Below are positions 38,807-47,646 of a stretch of 64,000 bases of DNA, one piece after another. The DNA comes from Acidobacteriota bacterium (lineage in GTDB: Bacteria; Acidobacteriota; Terriglobia; Bryobacterales; Bryobacteraceae), in assembly GCA_043755595.1 (NCBI GenBank), contig JAYUSQ010000106.1:39598-103597 (forward strand). The letters run 5' to 3'. The translations under genes were made by a program, and so were the position numbers. Below the pieces are notes generated by a model that saw only the letters and a program-made list of their open reading frames with translations, was not told where the DNA came from and made no database searches. Positions within the stretch are counted from its first letter, which is position 1; each line of letters begins with the position of its first letter.

Positions 38807-39577
38807 TCATTCCGCGGCAAGCGCGGCGGGGATGCCAGAACGATAACTCGGAAATTGTAAGTTGACTCCCAAGACATTTCGGATCGCACGGCCATCCACA
38901 CGGCGGTTGGCGCGGCGGGTATCTTCGCCGGGCAGACCGGGCTCCGGTGGCGGTACGGGCAGAGTCAGCAGCGCGCAACAGAACCGTGTAATGTCGATGG
39001 CGCGCGCGGGCTCGTCATCGGCCACCGGGTAGGCGCCGGTCAGATCCGAGAATAACGCCGCGTCACTCAGCGCGGCCAAGTCGTCGACGTGAATGCGGCT
39101 GATGTAGTTTGCGCCCTCGCCCCAGTAGCGGTGTTTGCCCTCACGCAACGAAACATGAACGCCTCTCCGTGGGCCGTAGATCGCGGCCGGACGCAGGATG
39201 AGATGATTCGCGCACACTGCCGCAACATCGCGTTCTTCGTCCACTCGCGATTGTTCACGTGCGTTCCTCGGCGCGATGGGCGTCGATTCGTTCACGTTGA
39301 GTTGATCGCCATACACGCCCGTTGTGGACAGATACACCAGCCGGGCGGCGCCGTGAATTTGAGTGGCGAAGGGCACGGGCAAGGAGTGCAGAACACGCGT
39401 GCCCGGCTCGATCGGCAAGGGATCGCCGAAGCGGATCGCCTGAACGCCTTGGAGGTACTGCAATTTTTGAGGCTCACGGGAAGCAGCGATGACACGCTTC
39501 CCACGGGCCAGGAGGCGGACTGCCACGCGCACGCCGGTATAGCCGCAACCGAGAATCAGAATCGGCGCGCCACTCAT
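38807..39577 (-). CDS. NAD-dependent epimerase/dehydratase family protein (SDR fold).
   Basis: 256-aa ORF with an N-terminal Rossmann motif ILILGCGYTGVRVAVRLLARG. Confidence 0.75.
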   Translation of the reverse strand: MSGAPILILGCGYTGVRVAVRLLARGKRVIAASREPQKLQYLQGVQAIRFGDPLPIEPGTRVLHSLPVPFATQIHGAARLVYLSTTGVYGDQLNVNESTPIAPRNAREQSRVDEERDVAAVCANHLILRPAAIYGPRRGVHVSLREGKHRYWGEGANYISRIHVDDLAALSDAALFSDLTGAYPVADDEPARAIDITRFCCALLTLPVPPPEPGLPGEDTRRANRRVDGRAIRNVLGVNLQFPSYRSGIPAALAAE

Positions 39578-40848
39578 GCCAACCGCAGCAGCGTCTGCCC
39601 TTTCTTCTTCGACAGCCGCTCCAGACGCTTGGTAAGCTCCGGGCTTGGGTCGAGACCGAACGCGGTCACGGTGAATTCAAGCGCTAGCGCGTAGTTTCGT
39701 TCACGATGTTCGTAGTGTTTGGCCAACGCTTCGAGCGCCGCCACGCGATGCTCGTTACGGATCGTGGCGAGTTCGGACAACAACGCCACCGACGCATCGA
39801 ATGCGCCGAGCTTTTTTTCCAGCTGCGCGAGGTCCCACATGGTGCGATACATCAGGTCGTCGCGCAGCGGCCTGCGGATCGCTTCGCGGTACAGATCGCG
39901 TGCACGTTCCAACTGGCCGGCTTGCTCAATCCAACGGCCCAGGCCCAGGAACTCCGCGGCATGACGGAGTTCCGCCGCGCCACCGGATTCGCGGAAGGCC
40001 CAGGGCACGATGCCGGTGAGACAGGCGAGAGAAACGATGTCGAGCGCGTTATGCGAGAACACCGGGGCCAAGCGCGCCGCGCGATGGGTGCGCACGTAGT
40101 CGAAATAGATCTCCGGGATCTGCGCGCCCGGCACATCGCCTTCCCGCTCATGGCCCAGGATTCTGTTTTCGAGCTCCATCAGCCGGCAGCTATCAAAACG
40201 GAAACGCCACAGGCGGCGTGCGCCGTAAAGAAGATCGAGGTGCGCGAGCCGAGCAAACGGCGGTCGCGCGCGCGCCAAACGATAGCGGGTTTCAAGCAAC
40301 GGCACGTCGAAACTCTTGCCGTTGTAAGTGACCAGCACCTGCGCGTCGGCCAGCGAATCGGCCAGCGCCGCCAGCGCGCTTGGCTCTTCGGGAAAGTCGC
40401 GGAGGAAAAATTGGCGGACGTGAAAGCCGTCGGCGCGGATGCGGCCGACACCCACCAGAAAGGCGCAGGTGCCGGCGCCGCCCGCGAGTCCCGTCGTTTC
40501 GGTATCGAGAAATGCCCAGCTTTCGGGAGGCGCATCGGTGATCGCATCTTCGGAAATCTCTCGCAGCAAATCGCCCGGCAGTTCTTGCAACCGTGAGATC
40601 TCCATGGAGCCGTGACGCTGCCAATGAGGCCATAAACGCTCGGTTTCGAAGTGTTTTCCGTGCGCCGTTTCCACTTCGCGGCCTTGGATGAATCGGTCGA
40701 GCGGTTCTTCAATGGCTGCACGCGCGCGGTCTTCGGCCAAGCGATCGTCGGTCCGCTTGGCGGCTGCGGCGATTCGCTGGCGCAGGTCCGCAAGTTGGGC
40801 TTGGAGGTCGCCATGAGGTGCTGGTTGCATTCGCCTTTTCTTTGCCAC
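39574..40848 (-). CDS. RNase H-like exonuclease domain protein (YprB-type) with a C-terminal TPR-like region.
   Basis: 424-aa ORF. FLDTETTGL...VTYNGKSFDVPLL are exonuclease-fold motifs I/II. Confidence 0.65.
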   Translation of the reverse strand: MAKKRRMQPAPHGDLQAQLADLRQRIAAAAKRTDDRLAEDRARAAIEEPLDRFIQGREVETAHGKHFETERLWPHWQRHGSMEISRLQELPGDLLREISEDAITDAPPESWAFLDTETTGLAGGAGTCAFLVGVGRIRADGFHVRQFFLRDFPEEPSALAALADSLADAQVLVTYNGKSFDVPLLETRYRLARARPPFARLAHLDLLYGARRLWRFRFDSCRLMELENRILGHEREGDVPGAQIPEIYFDYVRTHRAARLAPVFSHNALDIVSLACLTGIVPWAFRESGGAAELRHAAEFLGLGRWIEQAGQLERARDLYREAIRRPLRDDLMYRTMWDLAQLEKKLGAFDASVALLSELATIRNEHRVAALEALAKHYEHRERNYALALEFTVTAFGLDPSPELTKRLERLSKKKGQTLLRLA

Positions 40849-40879
40849 TATAGCGAATTGCGCGCCATCGCGCGAGAAT

Positions 40880-41713
40880 ATGAGACTAGCTATGGCCGAT
40901 CAAAATAACGATTCTGAAAAGAGCCCGTTCGACTACGCGCCGAGTTGCAACCCGGTCGCCTATAAGAACGTGCCGTTCCTTGAGAGCAAGACGGGGCGGA
41001 GCATTCGCATCCTCTCCGAATATCTGCACCCGCTACAGCACTTCCGCAATGAGCGCGTTCACGACACGGTGGTTTTTTTCGGATCGGCGCGCATCAAAGA
41101 GGAAGGGCCGATGTCGCGGTACTACCAGGAAGCGCGGCAATTGGCGAAACTGGCGACGCAATGGTCAATGAGTTTGGAAAAGACCAAGCGGCGCTTTGTG
41201 GTGACCACCGGCGGGGGTCCAGGCATCATGGAGGCGGCCAATCGCGGCGCCTATGAAGCGGGCGGCAAGAGTGTGGGCTTGAATATCGGGCTGCCGTTCG
41301 AGCAGCATCCGAACCCTTACATCACCCCGGACCTTTGCTTTGAGTTTCACTACTTCTTCATGCGTAAGTTCTGGTTCGCATATCTGGCCAAGGCGTTGAT
41401 CGTGTTCCCGGGCGGCTTCGGCACGATCGACGAACTGAGCGAACTATTAACGTTGATGCAAACCCGTAAGCTTGAGAAGAAGATGGTGATCATCATGTAC
41501 GGGTCGGAGTTCTGGAAGGAAGTATTGAACTTCGATGCGCTCGTCAAGCATGGGATGATCAGCCCGGAAGACCTTGGGTTGTTCCAGTTTGCCGACGACC
41601 CGGACGGGGCCATGAAGATCTTACGCGACGGGCTGACCAAGCACTACCTGCAACCGAAGGCACCGGCGGCGGCCGAGGAAGAGACACCGGCAATCAGTAA
41701 GTCGCGGGTGTAA
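40880..41713 (+). CDS. LOG family protein (TIGR00730; cytokinin riboside 5'-monophosphate phosphoribohydrolase-like).
   Basis: 277-aa ORF. VVFFGSARIKEEG...TTGGGPGIMEAAN...VFPGGFGTIDEL (PGGxGTxxE). Confidence 0.85.
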   Translation: MRLAMADQNNDSEKSPFDYAPSCNPVAYKNVPFLESKTGRSIRILSEYLHPLQHFRNERVHDTVVFFGSARIKEEGPMSRYYQEARQLAKLATQWSMSLEKTKRRFVVTTGGGPGIMEAANRGAYEAGGKSVGLNIGLPFEQHPNPYITPDLCFEFHYFFMRKFWFAYLAKALIVFPGGFGTIDELSELLTLMQTRKLEKKMVIIMYGSEFWKEVLNFDALVKHGMISPEDLGLFQFADDPDGAMKILRDGLTKHYLQPKAPAAAEEETPAISKSRV

Positions 41714-41719
41714 CTGTCA

Positions 41720-43564
41720 TTGAAGAAGTTTCGTCTTGAGCTAAGTTTCGCAGGGCTAACCGCGCTCTGTGTCTGGGCGTGGAGCTCGGGCCATTTGCTC
41801 AGCGGCTTGTCGCTCGGGCTCGCGGCGATTGTAGCCGGCGGGATCGTGCTGGTGCGTTGGGGACGGGTGGTGTTGCACAAGGTCATCTGGCACCTGCGGG
41901 ACCGGCTCATCGTAGCTTACATCTTCATTGCAGTGATCCCGATTGCGGTGATCGTATTGGCGGCGCGGTGGGTGGCGATCGACTTGGGCGGGCAGGTCGC
42001 CGTCTATCTGGTCAATACCGAATTGGAGAGGCGGGTGTCGAGGCTGGAGGAAGTGGCCAAAGCGCTCGTGCAAGTTCCGGAATCGCGCCGTACGGCGATG
42101 CTGGATCAGATTGGCCCGCTGTTTGAAAGCCGGTTCCCGGGGCTCCGCGTGCAGTTACTCGAGGGCGTGGGCGATATGGGGCCGTCGGGCGTTGTGTCAC
42201 GGCAAGAGCTTTTGTACATTCGTGCGCGCGCGGCGGATAAACAGAGGCGGGTGGTCTTGTTGGCTCCTCTAAACCGGGATGCCCTCGCCTCGCTAGCGCC
42301 TGGATTGGGCCCGGTCTCCATCATTGGGCTGGCGACGGCGAGTCCATTGAAGCTGCATGATTCGCCCGTGGACTCGGCCGGAGTCGATCTGCCACCGCCG
42401 GACAACCGTTTCGATGTGGAGCTTCGCTGGGCGTCGCAGATTCCGGTGGCCGATTTTGACGACCCTTCGCGCACGCAACGAGCGCTGCTTGTCGTGCGGT
42501 CGCGGGTATCGGCACTGCTTCGCACACTCTTCGACGCGGCATCTACCGGCGAAGCCGACTTACGCAACGACATGATACTCGCCGGTGTTTTGCTGTTGTT
42601 GGCGCAGGTGGTTTCGGTTTATATCGGCGTCAGTGTAACGCAAGCGATCACGCTCGCTTTCAACGGATTGTATGAAGGCACGCAGCGCGTGATGCAAGGC
42701 GATTTTTCGCACCGGATCAAGGCCCGGGGGGACGATCAGATTGCCGAAGTTACTAACTCATTCAACCGGATGACGGGTAACATCGAGCGGCTGCTGGAGG
42801 TAGCAAAGGAGAAGGAGAGATTTGAGGCTGAGTTGGCCGTGGCGCGTCAGGTACAGGATCAACTCTTTCCGCGCGATGTTCCAGCGCTGGGGACTCTTGA
42901 ACTTCGCGCCGTGTGCCACCCGGCCCGCATGGTGTCCGGGGATTACTACGATTACCAGCCTCTGGGCGGCCCGAAGACGGCGCTGGTGCTGGCCGATGTG
43001 GCGGGCAAGGGTGTCTCGGCGGCGCTCCTTATGGCGTCGCTTCAAGCCTGCGTCCGGATGCAGGTTCACACCCTGCGCACCAATCCAGAGAACGCGGCCT
43101 GCACAGCGAGCCTGGTGTCGCACATCAATCAGCAACTACATGCCAGCACGGCGGCGGAAAAGTTCGCGACCTTTTTCCTGGCAATATATGATGACGTGAC
43201 GGCGGAGCTGACTTACACCAATGCGGGACACCTGCCGCCCATTCTCGTGCGCAACGGAAACGCCACGCTGCTCGACGTGAATGGCATGGTGGTGGGCGCG
43301 TTTTCCTTCGCGAAATACAACGAGAGCCGGTTGCAACTGGAACCCGGCGACCTGCTGTTTGGCTACACCGATGGCGTGACCGAAGCTGAGAACGAGTTCG
43401 GTGAAATGTTCGGCGAAGAGCGGCTGATCGAGGTGCTGCGGCAGGCGGCGGGTCATGAAGCCGACGCCATTTTTCAGGCGGTAGCGAAGGCCGTGAACCA
43501 ATTCAGCGGTTCTGCGGAATTGCAGGACGACATGACGATGATCCTGGCCAGGCGGAAAACATGA
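41720..43564 (+). CDS. Membrane sensor protein phosphatase: TM plus HAMP plus PP2C/SpoIIE domain.
   Basis: 614-aa ORF. N-terminal TM helices, HAMP (AFNGLYEGTQRVMQGDFSHRIKARGDDQIAEVTNSFNRM), SpoIIE/PP2C motifs (SGDYYDY, ADVAGKGVSAAL, GYTDGVTEAEN). Confidence 0.8.
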   Translation: MKKFRLELSFAGLTALCVWAWSSGHLLSGLSLGLAAIVAGGIVLVRWGRVVLHKVIWHLRDRLIVAYIFIAVIPIAVIVLAARWVAIDLGGQVAVYLVNTELERRVSRLEEVAKALVQVPESRRTAMLDQIGPLFESRFPGLRVQLLEGVGDMGPSGVVSRQELLYIRARAADKQRRVVLLAPLNRDALASLAPGLGPVSIIGLATASPLKLHDSPVDSAGVDLPPPDNRFDVELRWASQIPVADFDDPSRTQRALLVVRSRVSALLRTLFDAASTGEADLRNDMILAGVLLLLAQVVSVYIGVSVTQAITLAFNGLYEGTQRVMQGDFSHRIKARGDDQIAEVTNSFNRMTGNIERLLEVAKEKERFEAELAVARQVQDQLFPRDVPALGTLELRAVCHPARMVSGDYYDYQPLGGPKTALVLADVAGKGVSAALLMASLQACVRMQVHTLRTNPENAACTASLVSHINQQLHASTAAEKFATFFLAIYDDVTAELTYTNAGHLPPILVRNGNATLLDVNGMVVGAFSFAKYNESRLQLEPGDLLFGYTDGVTEAENEFGEMFGEERLIEVLRQAAGHEADAIFQAVAKAVNQFSGSAELQDDMTMILARRKT

Positions 43565-44586
43565 ACCTGGGCGAGCATCCCTTCATGCGGCGGCTGACGA
43601 CCATCGCGCTCCTGGTGGTTGGCGTGGTCATCTTCGGCACGCTCGGCTTTATCTTCATTGCGGGCTATCCACCGTTCGACGCGCTCTATATGGCTGTAAT
43701 CACCATCGCGGCGGTTGGCTACTTCGAAGTTCATCCGCTCTCGCCGGCCGGCCGGGTGTTCAACATGTTTCTCATCCTGTTTGGAGCCAGTATCATGGTC
43801 TACTCGATGAGCGCCATCACGCAGACGGTGCTGGAAACCGAGTTTGCAGACTTGCTGGGACGGAGGCGTACCAAGAAAATGATCGATTCACTCAAGGACC
43901 ATTTCCTGGTGTGCGGCTTTGGCCGCGTAGGCCGTGCGGCGGCGATAGAACTCCAGCGAACCAACGTGCCGTTCCTTGTCATGGACCGCAACCGGGAACG
44001 GGTGGACCGCGCCATGCGCTCCGGCATGCTCGCTGTCTTGGCGGATTCCACGAATGACGACATGCTGAAAGAGGCTGGTATTACTCGCGCGCGCGGTCTG
44101 ATCGCGGCGCTCGCCACCGATGCCGACAACTTATTCTTGATCCTCTCGGCCAAGGCGCTCAATCCGAAGTTAAAGGTCGCTTCGCGCGTGGCGGAGGAGG
44201 CGTCGGAGATTAAGATGCGGCGCGCCGGGGCCGATGCGGTGTTCATGCCGTACTCGATGACGGGTTATCGGCTGGCGCAGTCCATTCTGCGCCCGCATGT
44301 GTTTGAGTTTCTCGACGTAACAGGCACGGCCTCGACGATGGGGCTCAACGTGGGCATGGATCAGGTGGAGATAGTAGCGGGGAGCCCGATGTTGAGCAAG
44401 TCGCTACAAGACTTGCAACTGCGCCGGGACCTGGGAGTGATTGTATTGGCGATCCGGCGCGCTGACGGTGCGATGCAGTTCAATCCGCCAGCCAACGCGG
44501 TCATCGCGGTGGGCGACACTTTGATCGTGATGGGCGATTTCGATTCAGTGCGCAAACTTGAACAACTGGTGGCGGGAGAAAACTGA
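43561..44586 (+). CDS. Potassium-channel family protein with RCK/TrkA-N and TrkA-C domains. Non-canonical filter TIAAVGYFE.
   Basis: 341-aa ORF overlapping the phosphatase stop. Two TM helices plus a pore helix. RCK Rossmann motif FLVCGFGRVGRAAA. Confidence 0.75.
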   Translation: MNLGEHPFMRRLTTIALLVVGVVIFGTLGFIFIAGYPPFDALYMAVITIAAVGYFEVHPLSPAGRVFNMFLILFGASIMVYSMSAITQTVLETEFADLLGRRRTKKMIDSLKDHFLVCGFGRVGRAAAIELQRTNVPFLVMDRNRERVDRAMRSGMLAVLADSTNDDMLKEAGITRARGLIAALATDADNLFLILSAKALNPKLKVASRVAEEASEIKMRRAGADAVFMPYSMTGYRLAQSILRPHVFEFLDVTGTASTMGLNVGMDQVEIVAGSPMLSKSLQDLQLRRDLGVIVLAIRRADGAMQFNPPANAVIAVGDTLIVMGDFDSVRKLEQLVAGEN

Positions 44587-44589
44587 TCG

Positions 44590-46047
44590 ATGCGTGTATT
44601 GACGGCGGCGGAAATGCGCGAAGTGGACCGGGTCACGATTTCGCTCGGCATAGCCGGACCCTTGCTGATGGAGAATGCGGGGCATCGCGTGGTGGAGTTT
44701 CTGGCGGAGCGCTTTGCGCCGATCGACCGGCAACGCATCGTGATTCTTTGCGGCAAGGGCAGCAATGGCGGCGATGGGATTGTCGTAGCGCGCCAGTTGT
44801 TCACGCGCTTTGCGCCCGCGTCGCTTGACGTGGTGCTGGCCGAAGCGCCGCCTGAGAATCTACGGAGCCTGGAAGCGTGCGGGTTCACATCGATCCATCG
44901 TGAGATCGCGCCCACGATGCGAGCGGCGACCGTTGTGATCGACGCGCTTTTGGGCACGGGTTTGTCGGGACTACCGCGGCCTCCGTATCTTGATTTGATT
45001 CATCAGGTGAATACCGGTTTTCGCGCAGCGCGCATCGTGGCCATGGATATTCCATCCGGCATGCACAGTGACACCGCGGAGACCACTTGGCCGCATGTGC
45101 GCGCGCATCATACGGTGACGTTCACGGCGCCGAAAGTGGGGATGGTGCTTGAACCCAATGCTTCCGCTTGCGGTGAGTTGGTGGTTGGCGCGATCGGTTC
45201 GCCCGATTCGATTCTGCCCGCCCACACGCGATTGACCAGCCCTCGTGATATTGCACGGCTGTTTGCGCCGCGACCGGTGACAGGGCACAAAGGAACGTTC
45301 GGACACGTATTGGTGGCGGGCGGCTCGCCAGGCAAAAGCGGCGCGGTGACGATGACGGGGCTTGCAGCGTTGCGGGCGGGTGCAGGGCTGGTGACAGTGG
45401 CAAGCGATGCTTCGACGCTATCCAATGTGGCGGCGCACACTCCCGAGTTGATGACCGAACCGCTCGACGAGCGTGGATTTACGGCGCTGGCCAAGGGCAA
45501 GCGAGCCGTCGCGCTTGGGCCGGGGTTTGGAGTTTCGTCCGCCAAACGCGCGTTTCTGGAACGAGTCATCGGCGAACTCACTATGCCGATCGTCGTCGAC
45601 GCCGATGGATTGAACAACCTCAGCGGAGCGGCTCTCCCGCGGCGAGCCAATCTCATCCTGACACCGCATCCGGGCGAGATGGAGCGTCTCACCGGCCACT
45701 TGCCGACATTAGACGAGCGGCTGCCGGCGGCTCGGGCGTTTGCTCAAGAGAACGGAGTCACGCTTGTGCTGAAGGGGCGCAATACGCTGACCGCTCTGCC
45801 GGATGGCACGGTGTGGATCAATTCGACCGGAGGCCCCGCGATGGCGACGGCAGGCTCTGGGGATATTCTCACGGGTTTGATCGCCGGGCTTGTCGCGCAG
45901 TTTCCCGATGCAGTCGCACTCGCGGTGGTCGCGGCCGTTTGGCTGCATGGACGCGCGGGTGATTTGGCGGCGGCGGAATTGGGCGAGAAATGCGTGATCG
46001 CGACCGACCTGCTGCGATATCTTCCGCAGGCGATGAAACTGACATGA
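44590..46047 (+). CDS. nnr: Bifunctional NAD(P)H-hydrate repair enzyme (epimerase plus ADP-dependent dehydratase).
   Basis: 485-aa ORF. YjeF_N motif GKGSNGGDG. C-terminal GSGDILTGLIAGL. Confidence 0.85.
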   Translation: MRVLTAAEMREVDRVTISLGIAGPLLMENAGHRVVEFLAERFAPIDRQRIVILCGKGSNGGDGIVVARQLFTRFAPASLDVVLAEAPPENLRSLEACGFTSIHREIAPTMRAATVVIDALLGTGLSGLPRPPYLDLIHQVNTGFRAARIVAMDIPSGMHSDTAETTWPHVRAHHTVTFTAPKVGMVLEPNASACGELVVGAIGSPDSILPAHTRLTSPRDIARLFAPRPVTGHKGTFGHVLVAGGSPGKSGAVTMTGLAALRAGAGLVTVASDASTLSNVAAHTPELMTEPLDERGFTALAKGKRAVALGPGFGVSSAKRAFLERVIGELTMPIVVDADGLNNLSGAALPRRANLILTPHPGEMERLTGHLPTLDERLPAARAFAQENGVTLVLKGRNTLTALPDGTVWINSTGGPAMATAGSGDILTGLIAGLVAQFPDAVALAVVAAVWLHGRAGDLAAAELGEKCVIATDLLRYLPQAMKLT

Positions 46048-46658
46048 AACGTATTCACTGGATTTTGTTGGCGGCCTGGGCGGCGGTGTTGGCTTGGTCC
46101 GGTTATGAACCGCACGACCGGTTTACCTGGGTGCTGGAAGTGATTCCGGCCTGGATCGCGCTGGCGATTTGCGCCTGGTTATTTCCTTCGCGCCTGCGCT
46201 TCACGACGCTGGTGTATGCGATCATTTGCGTGCATTGCATGATTCTCATGATCGGCGGCAAATACACATACGCCGAAATGCCTTTGTTCAATTGGATCCG
46301 CGATCATTACGGGCTGGCGCGCAATTACTATGATCGCGTCGGTCATTTTATGCAGGGCTTTTCGCCGGCGATCATCGCCCGGGAAGTGCTGCTGCGGAAG
46401 CAGATCGTGCGTGGGCGCGACAGTTGGCTGCACTTCATCATCGTCTCGATCGTGCTGGCCTTCAGCGCCGTGTATGAGTTTGTCGAGTGGTGGGTGGCGT
46501 TGTTGACGGGTGAGTCCGCGACGGCGTTTCTGGGGACGCAGGGTGACCCTTGGGATACGCAGTGGGACATGTTCATGTGTACGTGCGGAGCGATTTTGGC
46601 TTTGCTGTTACTGCGTGGGGTGCATGACCGGGCGCTGGCGCGGCATCAGGCCGATTAG
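46044..46658 (+). CDS. DUF2238 family inner-membrane protein.
   Basis: Start MKRIHWILLAAW overlaps the nnr stop (ATGA). Multi-TM hydrophobic ORF. YAEMPLFNWIRDHYGLARNYYDRVGHF resembles the DUF2238/YjdF consensus. Confidence 0.7.
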   Translation: MKRIHWILLAAWAAVLAWSGYEPHDRFTWVLEVIPAWIALAICAWLFPSRLRFTTLVYAIICVHCMILMIGGKYTYAEMPLFNWIRDHYGLARNYYDRVGHFMQGFSPAIIAREVLLRKQIVRGRDSWLHFIIVSIVLAFSAVYEFVEWWVALLTGESATAFLGTQGDPWDTQWDMFMCTCGAILALLLLRGVHDRALARHQAD

Positions 46659-47644
46659 CGAGGGGCGAAAGCTGCAGCGAACAGCGCCGCCAACCCTTCG
46701 TCGCCCCGGCTCTTCACCAGCTCCGCCACACGATCTCGATGTTCCTCGCGAAAGCGGCTGGCGCCCAACGCGGTGATAGCGGCCCCGGCAGCTTCAGTGG
46801 GATCCCTGGCGATTACCGTCAGCAGATACTCGCCTGCCTCGGGAAGCGGTGAAGCGGCCAAAGTCAACAGCGCCGAACGGCGGACGGTCATCGGGATTCT
46901 TTGCCGGAGGAAAACGAGCAGCGCTTCCAAAGCTTCTGGATGCCGCGCCGAAGCTAGCGCTTCTGCCGCATCGCCACATAGCAATTCGTTCTCTGGACTT
47001 AGATACCGCGGCACAAGTTCAATGGACGCGGCGGGGGCAAGCGTCATCAGCGATAGCAGGCACTCACGCATCACGTCGGGATGCTCGTCGCCGGTCAGAG
47101 TTTTCAGGCGTAGCAACAGAGCGCTCTCGGGCTGCGCGACGCGAGCGACTGCGCGCACGGCGTCAAGGCGGGCTTGTTTGTCGGGGTCGACCAACACGCC
47201 GGTCAGTGAAGTGAGTATCTGGTAGGGCGTGAGGTCGGAGTCGACCAAGGCTAAAGCGCATTTGCCGCGTAGCGCACCCGCCGAGTCGGCTTGGCCGCCC
47301 CAGACCGGTTCGAGTTGAACGTGACGAAGTCCACGCAGGTAGGGAGCGGCTGGCCGAACCCCGAGTGTGTGCAGCGCCCCGATGAGAGCATTCTTACCCC
47401 AGCACTGCGGGTCGGACTTGACTGGATCGCGATCAAGTAACCGGTCGAAGGCCACAACCAGATCGGGCGCGAGGGATTGTAGCCCGAAGTGTTCCACCAG
47501 CGCGGCGGCCTTGGAGACATAGAATCCGCTTGAGTCTGCGAGCGCCTTGCGCAAGGGCGCTTCGGCCGACTTCGCATCGGCCGTGCGCCGTAGAGCAGTG
47601 AGGGCTTCGATTTTCTGTTCGAGACCTTTTCGGCTACCGCTCAT
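46655..47644 (-). CDS. HEAT-repeat protein.
   Basis: 329-aa ORF, Ala/Leu-rich with a helical repeat pattern. Immediately downstream of, and overlapping, the ADOP gene. Confidence 0.65.
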   Translation of the reverse strand: MSGSRKGLEQKIEALTALRRTADAKSAEAPLRKALADSSGFYVSKAAALVEHFGLQSLAPDLVVAFDRLLDRDPVKSDPQCWGKNALIGALHTLGVRPAAPYLRGLRHVQLEPVWGGQADSAGALRGKCALALVDSDLTPYQILTSLTGVLVDPDKQARLDAVRAVARVAQPESALLLRLKTLTGDEHPDVMRECLLSLMTLAPAASIELVPRYLSPENELLCGDAAEALASARHPEALEALLVFLRQRIPMTVRRSALLTLAASPLPEAGEYLLTVIARDPTEAAGAAITALGASRFREEHRDRVAELVKSRGDEGLAALFAAAFAPR

Positions 47645-47646
47645 TT

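Noticed and set aside
39706-40596. 296-aa plus-strand ORF.
   Set aside because: It is antisense to the RNase H-like exonuclease gene 39574..40848, and has no motifs.
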